DNA from: Candidatus Hermodarchaeum yapensis
GTDB taxonomy: Archaea; Asgardarchaeota; Hermodarchaeia; Hermodarchaeales; Hermodarchaeaceae
Direction of reading: 5' to 3'
Length of the DNA stretch: 64,000 nucleotides
Assembly (NCBI GenBank): GCA_016840405.1
Contig: JAEOSK010000006.1
Coordinates: forward strand, 1 to 64,000
Shown: positions 1-10,687 of the stretch, piece by piece
Layout of the letters: each line of letters opens with the position of its first letter
Numbering within the stretch: position 1 is the first letter of the stretch
The notes under the pieces: model-generated
The model's database searches: none
Told to the model about the DNA's origin: nothing
Seen by the model: the letters and a program-made list of their open reading frames with translations, nothing else
Position numbers and translations under genes: made by a program

Positions 1-1418
1 AGCCATCCTTGTGCATCACCGGTTGCTGTTTCAATTGACATAACTGTCATGAATCCAATCAACAATCCGTAAATCCCTAAAGCCTCAGCCAGCACCACGG
101 AGACCAAGCCTTTACTGAAGGTTTCTGGGCGATCTGCAATTGTCTCGCTCAACGATTCACCGGCATATGCGATACCAAAGCCAGCACCGATGCAAGCAAC
201 ACCGATTGCAATGCCCGACCCAATTGCTAGCAAGCCTTGGCCTGTTGTAATGGTCGGAGAGTCAGCACTCATGATTAACATGAATGCTAGTAATAGCCCG
301 TAAATACCAAGGGCTTCAGCGAGGACAACACTGACTAAGCCTTTACTGAAGGATTCTGGTGCACGTACGAGTGATTTACTCAATGCAGAGCCAGCTTTGG
401 CGATACCTAATCCTGCTCCGATTCCCGCGAACCCAATAGCGATGGCAGCGCCTATGGCGATCATTCCCTGTCCACTCTCGACACTGATTTCTCCCACTTG
501 CATAAGGAGCATGAAACTGACTAATAATCCGTAAATGCCCAAGGCTTCAGCCAGCACCACAGAGACCAAACCTTTGCTGAAGACCTCGGGTCGTTCGACG
601 AGCGACTCAGATAAAGCAGCTCCCCCTGAGGCAATACCGATCCCCGCACCGAGTGCGGCTAATCCGATTGCGAGACCAGCTGCAATGGCGACCCAGCCAG
701 CTGTGAGCGTAGTGACGGTTTCGATTTCCATAAGCAGCATGAAACTGGCGAGAAGGCCGTAGATGCCTAGGGCTTCAGCGAGAACGACGCTCACGAGCCC
801 TTTACTGAAAGTTTCAGGCGCACGAACGAGAGCTTTACTTAATGCAGAACCAGCTTTAGCAATACCAATCCCTGCTCCAATCGCAGCAAGGCCGATGGCG
901 AGTCCAGCAGCTATGGCGATATAACCGGATGCGATGTTTGTAGCGCTCTCGATATTCATGAGAAGCATGAAGCTGGCAAGTAAACCGTATATGCCAAGAG
1001 CCTCAGCGAGAACGACGCTGACGAGACTTTTGCTGAAGGTTTCAGGGGCTTCAGCGATGCTGGTGCACATGCTACTTCCCGCATATGCAATACCAATCCC
1101 CGCTCCTATTGCAGCGACACCGATAGCGAGGCCGGCACCGAAGGCAATGAGGCCTTGAGCGGGTTCGGTGATGCTGGGGAGTTGCATAAGGATCATGAAT
1201 GAAGCTAATAACCCGTAAATTCCAAGGGCCTCTGCCAAGACGACAGCAATCATGCTTTTACTAAAGGTTTCAGGGCGTTCAGCGATAGTACCGATCATGG
1301 CGCTTCCACTGAATCCAATGCCGATGGCTGCACCTGTAGCGCCGAGGCCAGCGGCGAGAAGGGCGCCGAATGTGGCGAGGACCTGTCCTAATGATTCAAC
1401 GGGAATCAGCTGGAGCAT
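1..1418 (-). CDS. atpK: A/V-type ATP synthase proteolipid (subunit c/K), multi-hairpin fusion, truncated by window edge
   Basis: Hand translation from ATG at 1418 gives an open frame to base 1 (MLQLIPVESLGQ...). Six repeats of GAGIGIA...PETFSK.LVSVVLAEALGIYGLL. Absent from the ORF track because no stop lies inside the window. Confidence 0.95.
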   Translation of the reverse strand, partial: MLQLIPVESLGQVLATFGALLAAGLGATGAAIGIGFSGSAMIGTIAERPETFSKSMIAVVLAEALGIYGLLASFMILMQLPSITEPAQGLIAFGAGLAIGVAAIGAGIGIAYAGSSMCTSIAEAPETFSKSLVSVVLAEALGIYGLLASFMLLMNIESATNIASGYIAIAAGLAIGLAAIGAGIGIAKAGSALSKALVRAPETFSKGLVSVVLAEALGIYGLLASFMLLMEIETVTTLTAGWVAIAAGLAIGLAALGAGIGIASGGAALSESLVERPEVFSKGLVSVVLAEALGIYGLLVSFMLLMQVGEISVESGQGMIAIGAAIAIGFAGIGAGLGIAKAGSALSKSLVRAPESFSKGLVSVVLAEALGIYGLLLAFMLIMSADSPTITTGQGLLAIGSGIAIGVACIGAGFGIAYAGESLSETIADRPETFSKGLVSVVLAEALGIYGLLIGFMTVMSIETATGDAQGW

Positions 1419-1424
1419 GGACTA

Positions 1425-3431
1425 TCACTTCTTTGGAGGAGAGGCAGTTGATGTTGTCGTCCATCGGTCGGGGAAGGCAAAGGGTTCATACTTGTGTCCT
1501 GTGCCTGCGTAGAATTTCAGGTAGGCTTCTACCCAGTGGAGACGCAGGGTATGGATGAATGAGAGGAGACCTTCCATGAGAAGGACGAAGATAGTACCCA
1601 CGATTATCATTATGATAAGCATAATGATAGTGAGTTCGCCACTGCTAAGTTGGGCGAATATGGTCATGATTTCAGCTGCAGCGACACCAGCGATGAAGAG
1701 GAAGGTTTTGGCAAAGCCGGCGTGGGCCATGTTAAGAGCGAGTATTCGGGTGTAGCTGATGGTGTTGCTAATACTTTCAATGAGTTTTTCTATGGTTTCC
1801 ATAAATCCGTCCATAAAGCCAAAGGCCATGATACCGCCGATTAGCATGACGAGGATAGGGGCAATTAGAAAGAGAAGCATATCAGTCATGGGCCAACTCA
1901 TGAAGTTGATGCCGTAGTTGAAGATCATGTAGGCGAGACCCCAAAGGAAGAGGAGCCAGATGATAGGACCAAAGATTGCGTGAATCCAATCACGGTGACG
2001 AAGTTTGTTGATGGCGTCGATTCCAATGGAAATGCTCAGGTGGATAAATCCTATCATGATGCTAAGGACGAATAGTATCCAGGTGGGGCTAGCGATCGTG
2101 GGGTCGAGGATTTCAGGCATTTCAAAAGCACTAAACCAGATAGCAGTAGGATGAGCGTGAGGTAATTGGTTAATCCAAGCGTTATAGGGACTGAAGGGGT
2201 TGAGGAACCAGTTGAGACCACCTTCGAAATCGAAAAATGCGAAGAGCTGGACGAGAATCTCTTTCATGAATTGCCCAAAGGGGGAATATTTGAGGATTTG
2301 ATAGGGGTAGACCGCTTCGGTGCCAACGTAAAAGTTGAAGCCTGTGATGTCAATTCCTAAAAATTCGCCATATAAGACACCAAAAAATATTGAAAATATT
2401 GCGATGACTGCGATGAGTCCAGAGCCTTGGATGAAGTAGTTGACCATTTCACCCGCGTCAACTTTACGGCGTTTAGCAATCATTCCAAGCATTGCAAAGA
2501 AGAGAAGAAGAATACCGTGGCCCACATCTCCGAACATCAACCCGAATATAATTGGAAAGCCGAGAGCCATGAACCAGGTGGGGTCGATTTCGGTGTGGTT
2601 GGGGAGCCCAAAAGCGTTGGTAAGGCTTTGGTATGAGAAGAGAGATTTTGGGTTGGTCTGCTTCGTGGGTGGTGCGGCGATTTCTTCAGGTGCAATGGCC
2701 CCTTCTAGAGGTCCTGTGTCACCAGGATAGTGATCAGCTTCTGGTTTGTCGATGTGTTTATGGATTTCTAGGGAAATTGCACCGTGGTTGAATTTGGTGA
2801 GGGATGTAGCGAATTTTTCGGCTTTTTTTGTAGGAACCCAGCCGTAAAGGAGGTAGGTGCGTTTGGTTTTACCGAAGAGGGTTTTGGTTTCTTCGAGGTG
2901 ATGTTCGCGTTTGACAACTTCTTCCCAGCCAAGGAGGTCGAAGCGCTCTTCTTTGGCGAGAGTCTCAATTTCTTTTTTTATTGCTTTTGCTGTCTTTTTG
3001 GCGGCTTTTCTTTCTTTTTTATCGTGTGAGTCTTGTGCAGTTTCTGCGGCAGCTAGTTTTCGATCGAGTTCTTCAAAATGGGCTTCGATGGTTTTAAGGG
3101 ATTGTTCAATTGATTGAAAATAAGTGCCATCGGGAACAGTGGGAACTTCGAGTCGGTGCTTCACTTTTCCGCCGCGATAGACCTGTCTATCGCTAATGAG
3201 GGTGCTTATGCGGGTGAGAAGGTTTGCGAGATAGTAGTAATGCTCGGAGGCTTCAACGGGTTGTAATTCTATGATGGACTTGTCTCCACTTTGTTTGAAG
3301 TCAGTGAAATGGGCGAGCTCGGTGCTTGCGATATGTCGAAGAGCCGCATCTAGTTGGGTGTCTAGTACCACGGCGGTGAAGCTACTCATTTTCGCTGGAA
3401 GCATTGGCGACAATTTTCCCACCATTAGCAC
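1425..3431 (-). CDS. atpI: A/V-type ATP synthase subunit I (a)
   Basis: Soluble N-terminal half; motifs IDPT..FP.IFGLMFGDVGHG, SNTISYTRILAL (essential Arg), HTLRLHWVE..KFY.G.G. Confidence 0.95.
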   Translation of the reverse strand: MLMVGKLSPMLPAKMSSFTAVVLDTQLDAALRHIASTELAHFTDFKQSGDKSIIELQPVEASEHYYYLANLLTRISTLISDRQVYRGGKVKHRLEVPTVPDGTYFQSIEQSLKTIEAHFEELDRKLAAAETAQDSHDKKERKAAKKTAKAIKKEIETLAKEERFDLLGWEEVVKREHHLEETKTLFGKTKRTYLLYGWVPTKKAEKFATSLTKFNHGAISLEIHKHIDKPEADHYPGDTGPLEGAIAPEEIAAPPTKQTNPKSLFSYQSLTNAFGLPNHTEIDPTWFMALGFPIIFGLMFGDVGHGILLLFFAMLGMIAKRRKVDAGEMVNYFIQGSGLIAVIAIFSIFFGVLYGEFLGIDITGFNFYVGTEAVYPYQILKYSPFGQFMKEILVQLFAFFDFEGGLNWFLNPFSPYNAWINQLPHAHPTAIWFSAFEMPEILDPTIASPTWILFVLSIMIGFIHLSISIGIDAINKLRHRDWIHAIFGPIIWLLFLWGLAYMIFNYGINFMSWPMTDMLLFLIAPILVMLIGGIMAFGFMDGFMETIEKLIESISNTISYTRILALNMAHAGFAKTFLFIAGVAAAEIMTIFAQLSSGELTIIMLIIMIIVGTIFVLLMEGLLSFIHTLRLHWVEAYLKFYAGTGHKYEPFAFPDRWTTTSTASPPKK

Positions 3432-3700
3432 AGATAGTTACTTATTCAAATGGAGATAAACCAGTAACAGTGTGGGTAGAAAAGGCTTACTCTTATTACG
3501 GGTTCTGACCCGTGCTTTGCCCATAAGATTTATTTGGGAACAGTAACTTAGCCAAGTTTGGTGAATACCATGGGGTATTTAGTTTGTTTCGAATAACCCT
3601 TCGGTGACACCACACGCCATCTTCTTTTCTGACAGGGTTCCTCTTTTACCGTGGATTTTCCATTTGAGAAGAGATACTCTTTCACTGAAAAACTCTGGAG

Positions 3701-5225
3701 GATGGTACCGGTGACACCAAGCACACAACGTCGAATGCCTCCTCTTCAACACACTCGTGATGTGGAGGCTCAAAAAGAACTGAAAGTCTATAATTCACTG
3801 ACGAAACGAAAAGAACTGTTCAAATCACTTGAACCCGAGAAGGTGCGTTTGTATACTTGCGGGCTGACTGTGAATTATTTAATGCATATCGGTCATGCCC
3901 GGACCTACATCTTCTGGGATGTAGTTGAGCGAATCCTCAGATACCTGCACTATGAGGTTGTCCATATCTCCAATGTAACTGATATCAGTGTTGATGATAA
4001 CATCCTGAAACGGGTTCGTGCCAGTGGCGAAGCCTTTCAACAACTCGTAACTCGTCATACTCGAGACTATTATCATGATCGGCGTCTCCTTGGCATCGCA
4101 GATCCGTACACGTATACGGTGGCAACGCAATACATCCAAGAAATGATTGAATTGGTTCAACAATTGTTGGAGAAAGGATACGCCTACGAAGCCGAGGATG
4201 GCATCTATTTCAGGATAAGTGCCTTTCCTAACTATGGGCGACTTGCAGGAATCAACCCGAAGCAATTGAAGGTTGGGGCGGGTGGTCGAATCGACCAAGA
4301 TGAATACGACAAAGAATCCGTTGGCGATTTTGTCCTTTGGAAACGGGCCAAACCGGATGAACCCTTCTGGCACAGCCCCTGGGGACCTGGTCGACCTGGA
4401 TGGCACATTGAATGCAGTGCAATGTCCAAAAAATACCTGGGTGAAACTATTGACATTTCAGGGGGCGGTGAAGATAATCTTTTCCCCCATCATGAAAATT
4501 CTATAGCCCAAAGTGAAGCTGCCAGCGGAAAACCCTACGTTCGCTACTGGATGCATGTTCGACACCTACAATTTGCAGGCGAAAAAATGTCAAAGTCCGT
4601 TGGGAATATCTTGACAGTTCGTGATGCCGTGAAACAATATGGTGCAGCAACTCTCCGTTTATTCCTCCTCTCAACCCATTATCGGAAATCGCTCACCTTC
4701 AAAGAGGAAGATCTTCAACGTACAAATTCGCAATTGGATAGCCTTCGATATGTCCTCACTCGACTTCACACATTCAAAAGCGAACAAAAAAAGTCTTCAA
4801 CAAGCGATGATGAGTTATTGGCAGAGCTAGAGAAAGCAAGAAGCACAATGGAAACAGCGCTCCTTGATGACTTCAATACTGGTCGAGCAATCAACCAACT
4901 CTTTCAGTTTGTCAAACATGTCAATCAGAAACTAGAAGCGTCTCAACTCATCAGTAATGATACGGTGGATAAATTACTTATCTTCTTTCAGGAAATGGGG
5001 ACCATTCTATTTGGCGACCAATACACCCGCGAAGTAGAACCCAAAACAAATTCTGTCATCGGTCAACTTGTGGAATTGCTTCTTCAGGAACGAGATCGTC
5101 TCCGCCAGAATCAGGAATATCAACAGGCGGATGCTATTCGCACAGCGCTCCAAAGGATTGGATTTGAAATCGCAGATACGAAAACCAGTACTCAATGGTG
5201 GAGAAAGGGAGCTTACGCTGATTGA
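3701..5225 (+). CDS. cysS: Cysteine--tRNA ligase (class I), with atypical active-site residues
   Basis: [34 protein letters not shown] and a C-terminal anticodon domain. Start uncertain; ATG near 3701 follows GGAGG. Confidence 0.9.
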
Positions 5226-5273
5226 AATGAAAAGAATGAGCGCTCAACCAATTCAGCGAGCGCATCGAAGAGC

Positions 5274-6881
5274 TTAGATTATTGGCATTGTCAGTGCACT
5301 TTCAGCCGCTAGCCTTGCTACGTCGAGGAAGAAGGTGGGGAAGATTCCAATGCCAATGATGAACAGTGTCATGACGACAATGACGAAGAGCATGAGGGGA
5401 TGGGGGTCTTTGGCAGCGGCAGCCTCTGGGCTGGGTTCAGAAAAGACGAGAATTTGAATCATGCGTAAGTAATAGACAACGCTGAAGGCGCTCATGAGAA
5501 CCAAGATTATTGTCGAAAGGTAAGCTCCGCCGATGATTGAGCCCCAAATGATGTAGAATTTGCTGTAGAACCCAATGAGAGGTGGTACACCTGCAAGGGA
5601 CAGGGCCGCAATAGTGAAACAGAACATAGTGATTGGCATGCGCCGACCTGCACCGCGAAGTAGATCGAGATCTCTGGTATGAAGCTGATGGATGAAGATG
5701 CCTGAAATCAAGAAGAGAGCCCCCTTCGCGAGCATGTGACTTGTGATATGGAAGAGGCTTCCTGTCAGAGCATATTCAACGGCGAATGGAGTTTCTGTTG
5801 CAGGGATCCAGTAACTTAGTGGCATCATGGCAATGGTGTATCCAAAGATGATGTACCCGACATTTACGATGGTCGAGTATGCAAGAAGACGTTTTATGTC
5901 CTTCTGAGTTAAAGCCATGAGGTTGCCAAATATCAGGGTGAAAATCGCAAACCAGCTCAGAATCATTCCATAGTACGTAAAGATGTAAGTAAGAGTAGTT
6001 GTTAGGAGTGCATTCCCATAAAAGTTCAAGAACAATCGAAGGATAGCATAGCTCCCTGTCATAATTACGACACCGCTCAGCATGGCACTAATTCCGCTGG
6101 GAGCAGCGGGGTGGGCATCAGGTAACCAAGTGGAGAGGGGAGCAATCGCCGCTTTTACACCGAAGCCGACGATTAATCCTACCATTGTGAAAAGAACCAG
6201 ACCGTAAAGGGGTGAAGTTGTGGCAGGAAGTGGAGAGAATAAAGCCTCAATAGCAGGACCAATCGCGTAGAGGTTGATTGTGCCAGTTATGCCATAGAGA
6301 ATGGACATAGTGAAGAGAATCAGGGTAGATCCGACAGCACTCAAAAGTAAGTACTTGATTCCTGCTTCTAGGGGTTCAGCCTCATCTTTGCGGAAGGCGA
6401 CTAGGACATAACTGCTTATTGACATAACCTCCCAGAGGATGAAGAGCGTGAAGAAGTCGCCAGCCATGACGACACCAATCATACCACCCACGAGTGTGAG
6501 GAGGAGGGCATAGAAAAGTGAGAGTCGAGTGTCATGTTCCATGTATTTGATAGAATAGATTGAGACGAAGAATCCGAGAAACGCGAAGACGACAGCCATG
6601 TAAACGGTGAGGAAATCGATGTAGAAGAAGGTAGCACCAGTAGTTGCGTCGAATGCGCCTTGAGGCCAATACCAGATGGTGATTGGCCCACCACCGAGGA
6701 CCTGGTACCAGAGGAGTATAAGGAACACTAATGCAACGAAAAAGAAGAATGCGGAAAGTCCGCCAAGAGCTGCTTTCCCTCGTTCTTTGATTCTCGTTCC
6801 AATAAGACCAATGATGAGGGCTCCAATAAATGGAAGCCATAACGGGATGAGCAGAATCCATTGTTCAATTCCTATAGCCAT
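5274..6881 (-). CDS. Antiporter-like membrane subunit (NuoN/MrpD/HyfB type)
   Basis: FILWEVMS, KY, WLPDAHPAAPS, DIKRLLAYS, GVPPLIGFYSK; highly hydrophobic; last gene of the JKLM run. Confidence 0.85.
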   Translation of the reverse strand: MAIGIEQWILLIPLWLPFIGALIIGLIGTRIKERGKAALGGLSAFFFFVALVFLILLWYQVLGGGPITIWYWPQGAFDATTGATFFYIDFLTVYMAVVFAFLGFFVSIYSIKYMEHDTRLSLFYALLLTLVGGMIGVVMAGDFFTLFILWEVMSISSYVLVAFRKDEAEPLEAGIKYLLLSAVGSTLILFTMSILYGITGTINLYAIGPAIEALFSPLPATTSPLYGLVLFTMVGLIVGFGVKAAIAPLSTWLPDAHPAAPSGISAMLSGVVIMTGSYAILRLFLNFYGNALLTTTLTYIFTYYGMILSWFAIFTLIFGNLMALTQKDIKRLLAYSTIVNVGYIIFGYTIAMMPLSYWIPATETPFAVEYALTGSLFHITSHMLAKGALFLISGIFIHQLHTRDLDLLRGAGRRMPITMFCFTIAALSLAGVPPLIGFYSKFYIIWGSIIGGAYLSTIILVLMSAFSVVYYLRMIQILVFSEPSPEAAAAKDPHPLMLFVIVVMTLFIIGIGIFPTFFLDVARLAAESALTMPII

Positions 6882-6896
6882 CTTTTTTAACCTCCA

Positions 6897-8405
6897 TTAG
6901 GGGATCCAGGTTATCGCTCCGAATAGTGGATTGAGTACGATCCATGGCCAGATTCCAAGGATGATGATGAATAAGGCCAGGAATATCATGGGGATGCGCA
7001 TCGTCAAGGGACTGTCCGTGACGTTTTCCAGATCATTCGGTGTGGCGCCAAAGAATACGCGTTTGACGAACCATAAGATGTAGCTGGCGGTCAGGGCTGT
7101 TGATGCAACGGCAAATATCAATATGTAGAAGGTGGAGGCAAGCGCAGCACCACCGAAGATAATGAATTCTGAGAGGAACCCAGCGAGCGGTGGAGTACCA
7201 GCAATGCTGAGACCTGCGATAAGGGCAATAGTAGCCGTCCAAGGCATCTTTCGAGCCAAGCCACCCATGACGTTGATATCACGACCACGCTCATGACCAA
7301 TCTGGAGGATCAACACACCAGCGACCATAAACAAGAGGCCTTTGCCTAGGGCGTGGGTAAAGATATGGAAGGTGGCACCCACAACCCCTAGAAGGATTGC
7401 AGTTCCGAGACCCAGGAAGATGTATCCCATTTGTGAAACCGAGGAATAGGCGAAGAGACGTTTGGTATCCTTTTGAGCGAGCGCCATGAGACCACCATAA
7501 ATCATGGTGACAAGGCCAAAGCCCATGAGGATGTATACGAAGATACTGTACGCAGGGAGTAGAAATGTCATGAGGATCCGTATCATGGCATAGGCTGCAG
7601 TTTCAATCATGACTCCGGATAAGATGACGCTGATGGGTGTAGGGGCTTCAGCGTGGGCGTCGGGAAGCCAGGTGTGTAGTGGGAAGATTGCCATTTTCAC
7701 TGCAAACCCGATGGTAAAGAGGATAACTAGAATTTTCATAAGTTCAAAGGCAAAGATCTGGGCGAGATTGGCTTGTGGGAATGCCCATGAGAGATTGATG
7801 ACGGGTGTTGTACCAGTGAAACCGTACATATTCAGAGTTGGTACACTGGAAAGGGCCCACATGCCTGCAATACCAACGATAATGAGGACAGCACCGATGT
7901 GGGTGAAGATGAAATATTTCAGGGCGATTCCCGTGGATTTGGGTTTGGTGCCCCATTCGGCAATCAGGAAATAGCTGGGAATAAGCATGAGTTCCCAGAA
8001 AATGTAGAACTGGAAGAGGTTCGTAGCCAAGACGACACCGAGAATTCCAGCATTATACATCAGTAAGAGGGCGTAGTATCGGTTTTTCCCATGTTCTTTG
8101 GACATATAGGCGAGTGAGAAACAGGTTGCTGCAGTGGTGAGTACTAACACGATTCCACCGACCGTAGCACTCAAGCCATCGAGAAGCCAGCCAAAGAGGA
8201 ATGGTCCCCAGAAGAAAGCTTCCGTATAATCACCAGCGACCACAAATTCCCACCAGGCTAAGCCAAAGGTGACAAGGCATGTCAACATAATCAGCAGTGC
8301 AAAGATTCCAGCGTATCGACCATTTCTTCGACCGATAATCCAAGCAATGGGAGCGCCAATCAGCATGAGTAAAACGGTGAATGTGAGATAGTTAAACAGA
8401 GCCAT
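6897..8405 (-). CDS. nuoM: NuoM-like antiporter-type subunit
   Basis: FYIFWELMLIPSYFLI, FPLHTWLPDAHAEAPTP, KRLFAYSSVSQMG. Confidence 0.85.
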   Translation of the reverse strand: MALFNYLTFTVLLMLIGAPIAWIIGRRNGRYAGIFALLIMLTCLVTFGLAWWEFVVAGDYTEAFFWGPFLFGWLLDGLSATVGGIVLVLTTAATCFSLAYMSKEHGKNRYYALLLMYNAGILGVVLATNLFQFYIFWELMLIPSYFLIAEWGTKPKSTGIALKYFIFTHIGAVLIIVGIAGMWALSSVPTLNMYGFTGTTPVINLSWAFPQANLAQIFAFELMKILVILFTIGFAVKMAIFPLHTWLPDAHAEAPTPISVILSGVMIETAAYAMIRILMTFLLPAYSIFVYILMGFGLVTMIYGGLMALAQKDTKRLFAYSSVSQMGYIFLGLGTAILLGVVGATFHIFTHALGKGLLFMVAGVLILQIGHERGRDINVMGGLARKMPWTATIALIAGLSIAGTPPLAGFLSEFIIFGGAALASTFYILIFAVASTALTASYILWFVKRVFFGATPNDLENVTDSPLTMRIPMIFLALFIIILGIWPWIVLNPLFGAITWIP

Positions 8406-8417
8406 CTTTGTGTCACC

Positions 8418-10667
8418 TCATGGAAAGGGGAGTGGTATTAGTAAACCTCCATAGAATTGAAAGAGCAGTAGGAGGAGGAGAAAAGCGAGCGCGCCTATGA
8501 GCAATAGAATCATGTTCCAGCTGTGCACGCCAGTTTGTAGTCGACGCCAGCCGCGGCTTGCCCCCATAGCAGAGTCAGCCACGACATAATTAAATTTGTC
8601 AATGCCCTTGGTTTCGATGTATTTGTACATGCCACGTGCTACTCGGAGCCCACCGTCAACGAAGATCAGGTACATGGCTCCGTTCCAGTACCAGCGGTTG
8701 TAGAGGAAGTTGTAGATTCGTCGCGCAAATCCTCGACCAGCAAAGTCTGTGCTCCGGCTTCCTCGAATGTAGAAGATGTAGCCTGGAATACCACCAAGAA
8801 GTAAAGCACCAATTGTGATTAGGAAGGTGGGTGAGGTAAAGACATGAATGAAGAATTCAAGATACATCTCCAGAAGGGGAGCAAGGTGTGGAGCGTGGGG
8901 AATGAGACTGTACTGTACATCCCAGAACTGATAGAAGAAGTTTTGAAGGAACGGCTCAGTGAAACCGATGATGAGGGTTGCTATGGCTAGGATTGCCAGT
9001 GGGACCCACATGATTCCGGGCGCTTCATGCACAGGCGTTCCCGCCGCTTCGAGGTCCTTGACGTTTTTACTGGGATTACCAAGGAAAGTTAAACCAATCA
9101 ATCGGAAGCTGTAGAAGATTGTAAAGGCGGCAGTAAGGGCACCGAAGAGGAGAAAGATCATGCCCCATAAACTTCCGGTTCCCCATAAGTGCCATGCTGA
9201 GGAGAAGATGGCTTCTTTACTCCAGAAGCCACCGAATGGCGGGACTCCACTGAGGGCTAGCGCGCCTATGAGCATCACGGCGAAGGTGATGGGCATAGCC
9301 TTTCGGATGCCTCCCATATCAGCTAGGTATTTGCTATGAACCGCATGGAGCACAGCACCAGCAGAAAGGAAGAGCAGGGCTTTGAAGATGGCGTGAGCCG
9401 CTAAGTGGAAGGCAGCAGCGGTGTAGCCATAAACACCATCAGCGGTGAAGGCGAAGATGCCAAGGGCCATGAACATGTAGCCTAGTTGGCTTATTGTGCT
9501 AAAGGCGAGGACCTTCTTGAGTTCGTTTGCCACTAACGCCATTGTTGCAGCCATGAAGGCAGTAAAGGTGCCGATGATAGCGATGATGAGGAAGAAGTTT
9601 AGGAGGGCATTTTGGGCAATGGCGTAGAGTGCGGGAATCATAATAGTACTGAGAGCGAAGTATCCTTGGACTAGAATGGGTGACATTCGGGCAACCAAGT
9701 ATACACCGGCTTTGACCATGGCGGCAGCGTGGATAAGTGCAGATACAGTAGTGGGCCCAGCCATAGCTTCTGGAAGCCAGAACTGGAGTGGGAATTGGGC
9801 ACTTTTACCAATGGGACCAAGGAAGAAGAGGAGAAATACCGTTAACAACAGAACACCATTCAGTACAATAGCCATTTGGCCAAGCCATGCATAGTCCGTG
9901 AGGAGTGCTTGATAGTTGAGGGTTGGATTTCCTGCGGAGACAGTGAAGAAGAAAATGAAGATAATGGAGATGAGGAGTCCGACATCACCGACGCGGGTGA
10001 CGATGAAGGCTTTCATACCGCTGTGTGAATTGAGCTCGCCTTCAGTTACATCCCCAAGCTGGTCATCATGAACCATATTGGATCGATTGTACCAGAAACC
10101 AATGAGTGCGTAAGAGCATAGGCCAACGATTTCCCAGCCAATGAACGTGAGGAGGAGGTTGTTGGCCATGACCAGGATGACCATTCCACCGATGAAGAAT
10201 TGCATGAAGAACCAATAGCGCGAGAGGGAAGAATCACCCTTCATGTAACCTAGGCTATAGGCGAGGATTAGGAAGCCGACGCCAGTGGCGACACATGCCA
10301 TGAAGACAGACAGGGGGTCAATGAGCATCCCCCAATCAATAGTGATCAAACCAGGAACCGAGATCCAAGGTGAAGTAACTTCTAGCCATTGTGTGCCATC
10401 CCAAGCCACTCCGGAAAAGATGGCAGAGATCATTGAGAAAGCCATGAGCATGCCGAGGTAGCCAAAGAGGATGGCGCTGTAGTCTCGGGCTTTTGGATGG
10501 AATTTCGCTAGAAGTGGAGCAAGGACGGCTCCAAGAATGGGGAATCCCCAGCAAAGCCATGCATTGTAGGGATAGAACATTTGACCAAAGATCACTGCAG
10601 CAATCAAGATTATGGCTGCAATTATGACAATGATTAACCCGACGACCCTATTCTGTGAGTTTGACAT
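8418..10667 (-). CDS. nuoL: NuoL-like antiporter-type subunit
   Basis: GWEIVGLCSYALIGFW, KAFIVTRVGD, GKSAQFPLQFWLPEAMAGPTTVSALIHAA, KKVLAFSTISQLGYM. Confidence 0.93.
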   Translation of the reverse strand: MSNSQNRVVGLIIVIIAAIILIAAVIFGQMFYPYNAWLCWGFPILGAVLAPLLAKFHPKARDYSAILFGYLGMLMAFSMISAIFSGVAWDGTQWLEVTSPWISVPGLITIDWGMLIDPLSVFMACVATGVGFLILAYSLGYMKGDSSLSRYWFFMQFFIGGMVILVMANNLLLTFIGWEIVGLCSYALIGFWYNRSNMVHDDQLGDVTEGELNSHSGMKAFIVTRVGDVGLLISIIFIFFFTVSAGNPTLNYQALLTDYAWLGQMAIVLNGVLLLTVFLLFFLGPIGKSAQFPLQFWLPEAMAGPTTVSALIHAAAMVKAGVYLVARMSPILVQGYFALSTIMIPALYAIAQNALLNFFLIIAIIGTFTAFMAATMALVANELKKVLAFSTISQLGYMFMALGIFAFTADGVYGYTAAAFHLAAHAIFKALLFLSAGAVLHAVHSKYLADMGGIRKAMPITFAVMLIGALALSGVPPFGGFWSKEAIFSSAWHLWGTGSLWGMIFLLFGALTAAFTIFYSFRLIGLTFLGNPSKNVKDLEAAGTPVHEAPGIMWVPLAILAIATLIIGFTEPFLQNFFYQFWDVQYSLIPHAPHLAPLLEMYLEFFIHVFTSPTFLITIGALLLGGIPGYIFYIRGSRSTDFAGRGFARRIYNFLYNRWYWNGAMYLIFVDGGLRVARGMYKYIETKGIDKFNYVVADSAMGASRGWRRLQTGVHSWNMILLLIGALAFLLLLLLFQFYGGLLIPLPFP

Positions 10668-10687
10668 TTTTCTTTTTCACCTCAGAG

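Noticed and set aside
535-1558. Repetitive plus-strand ORFs (AIPIPAP..A.PIARPA)
   Set aside because: Antisense shadows of the multi-hairpin c subunit on the minus strand.
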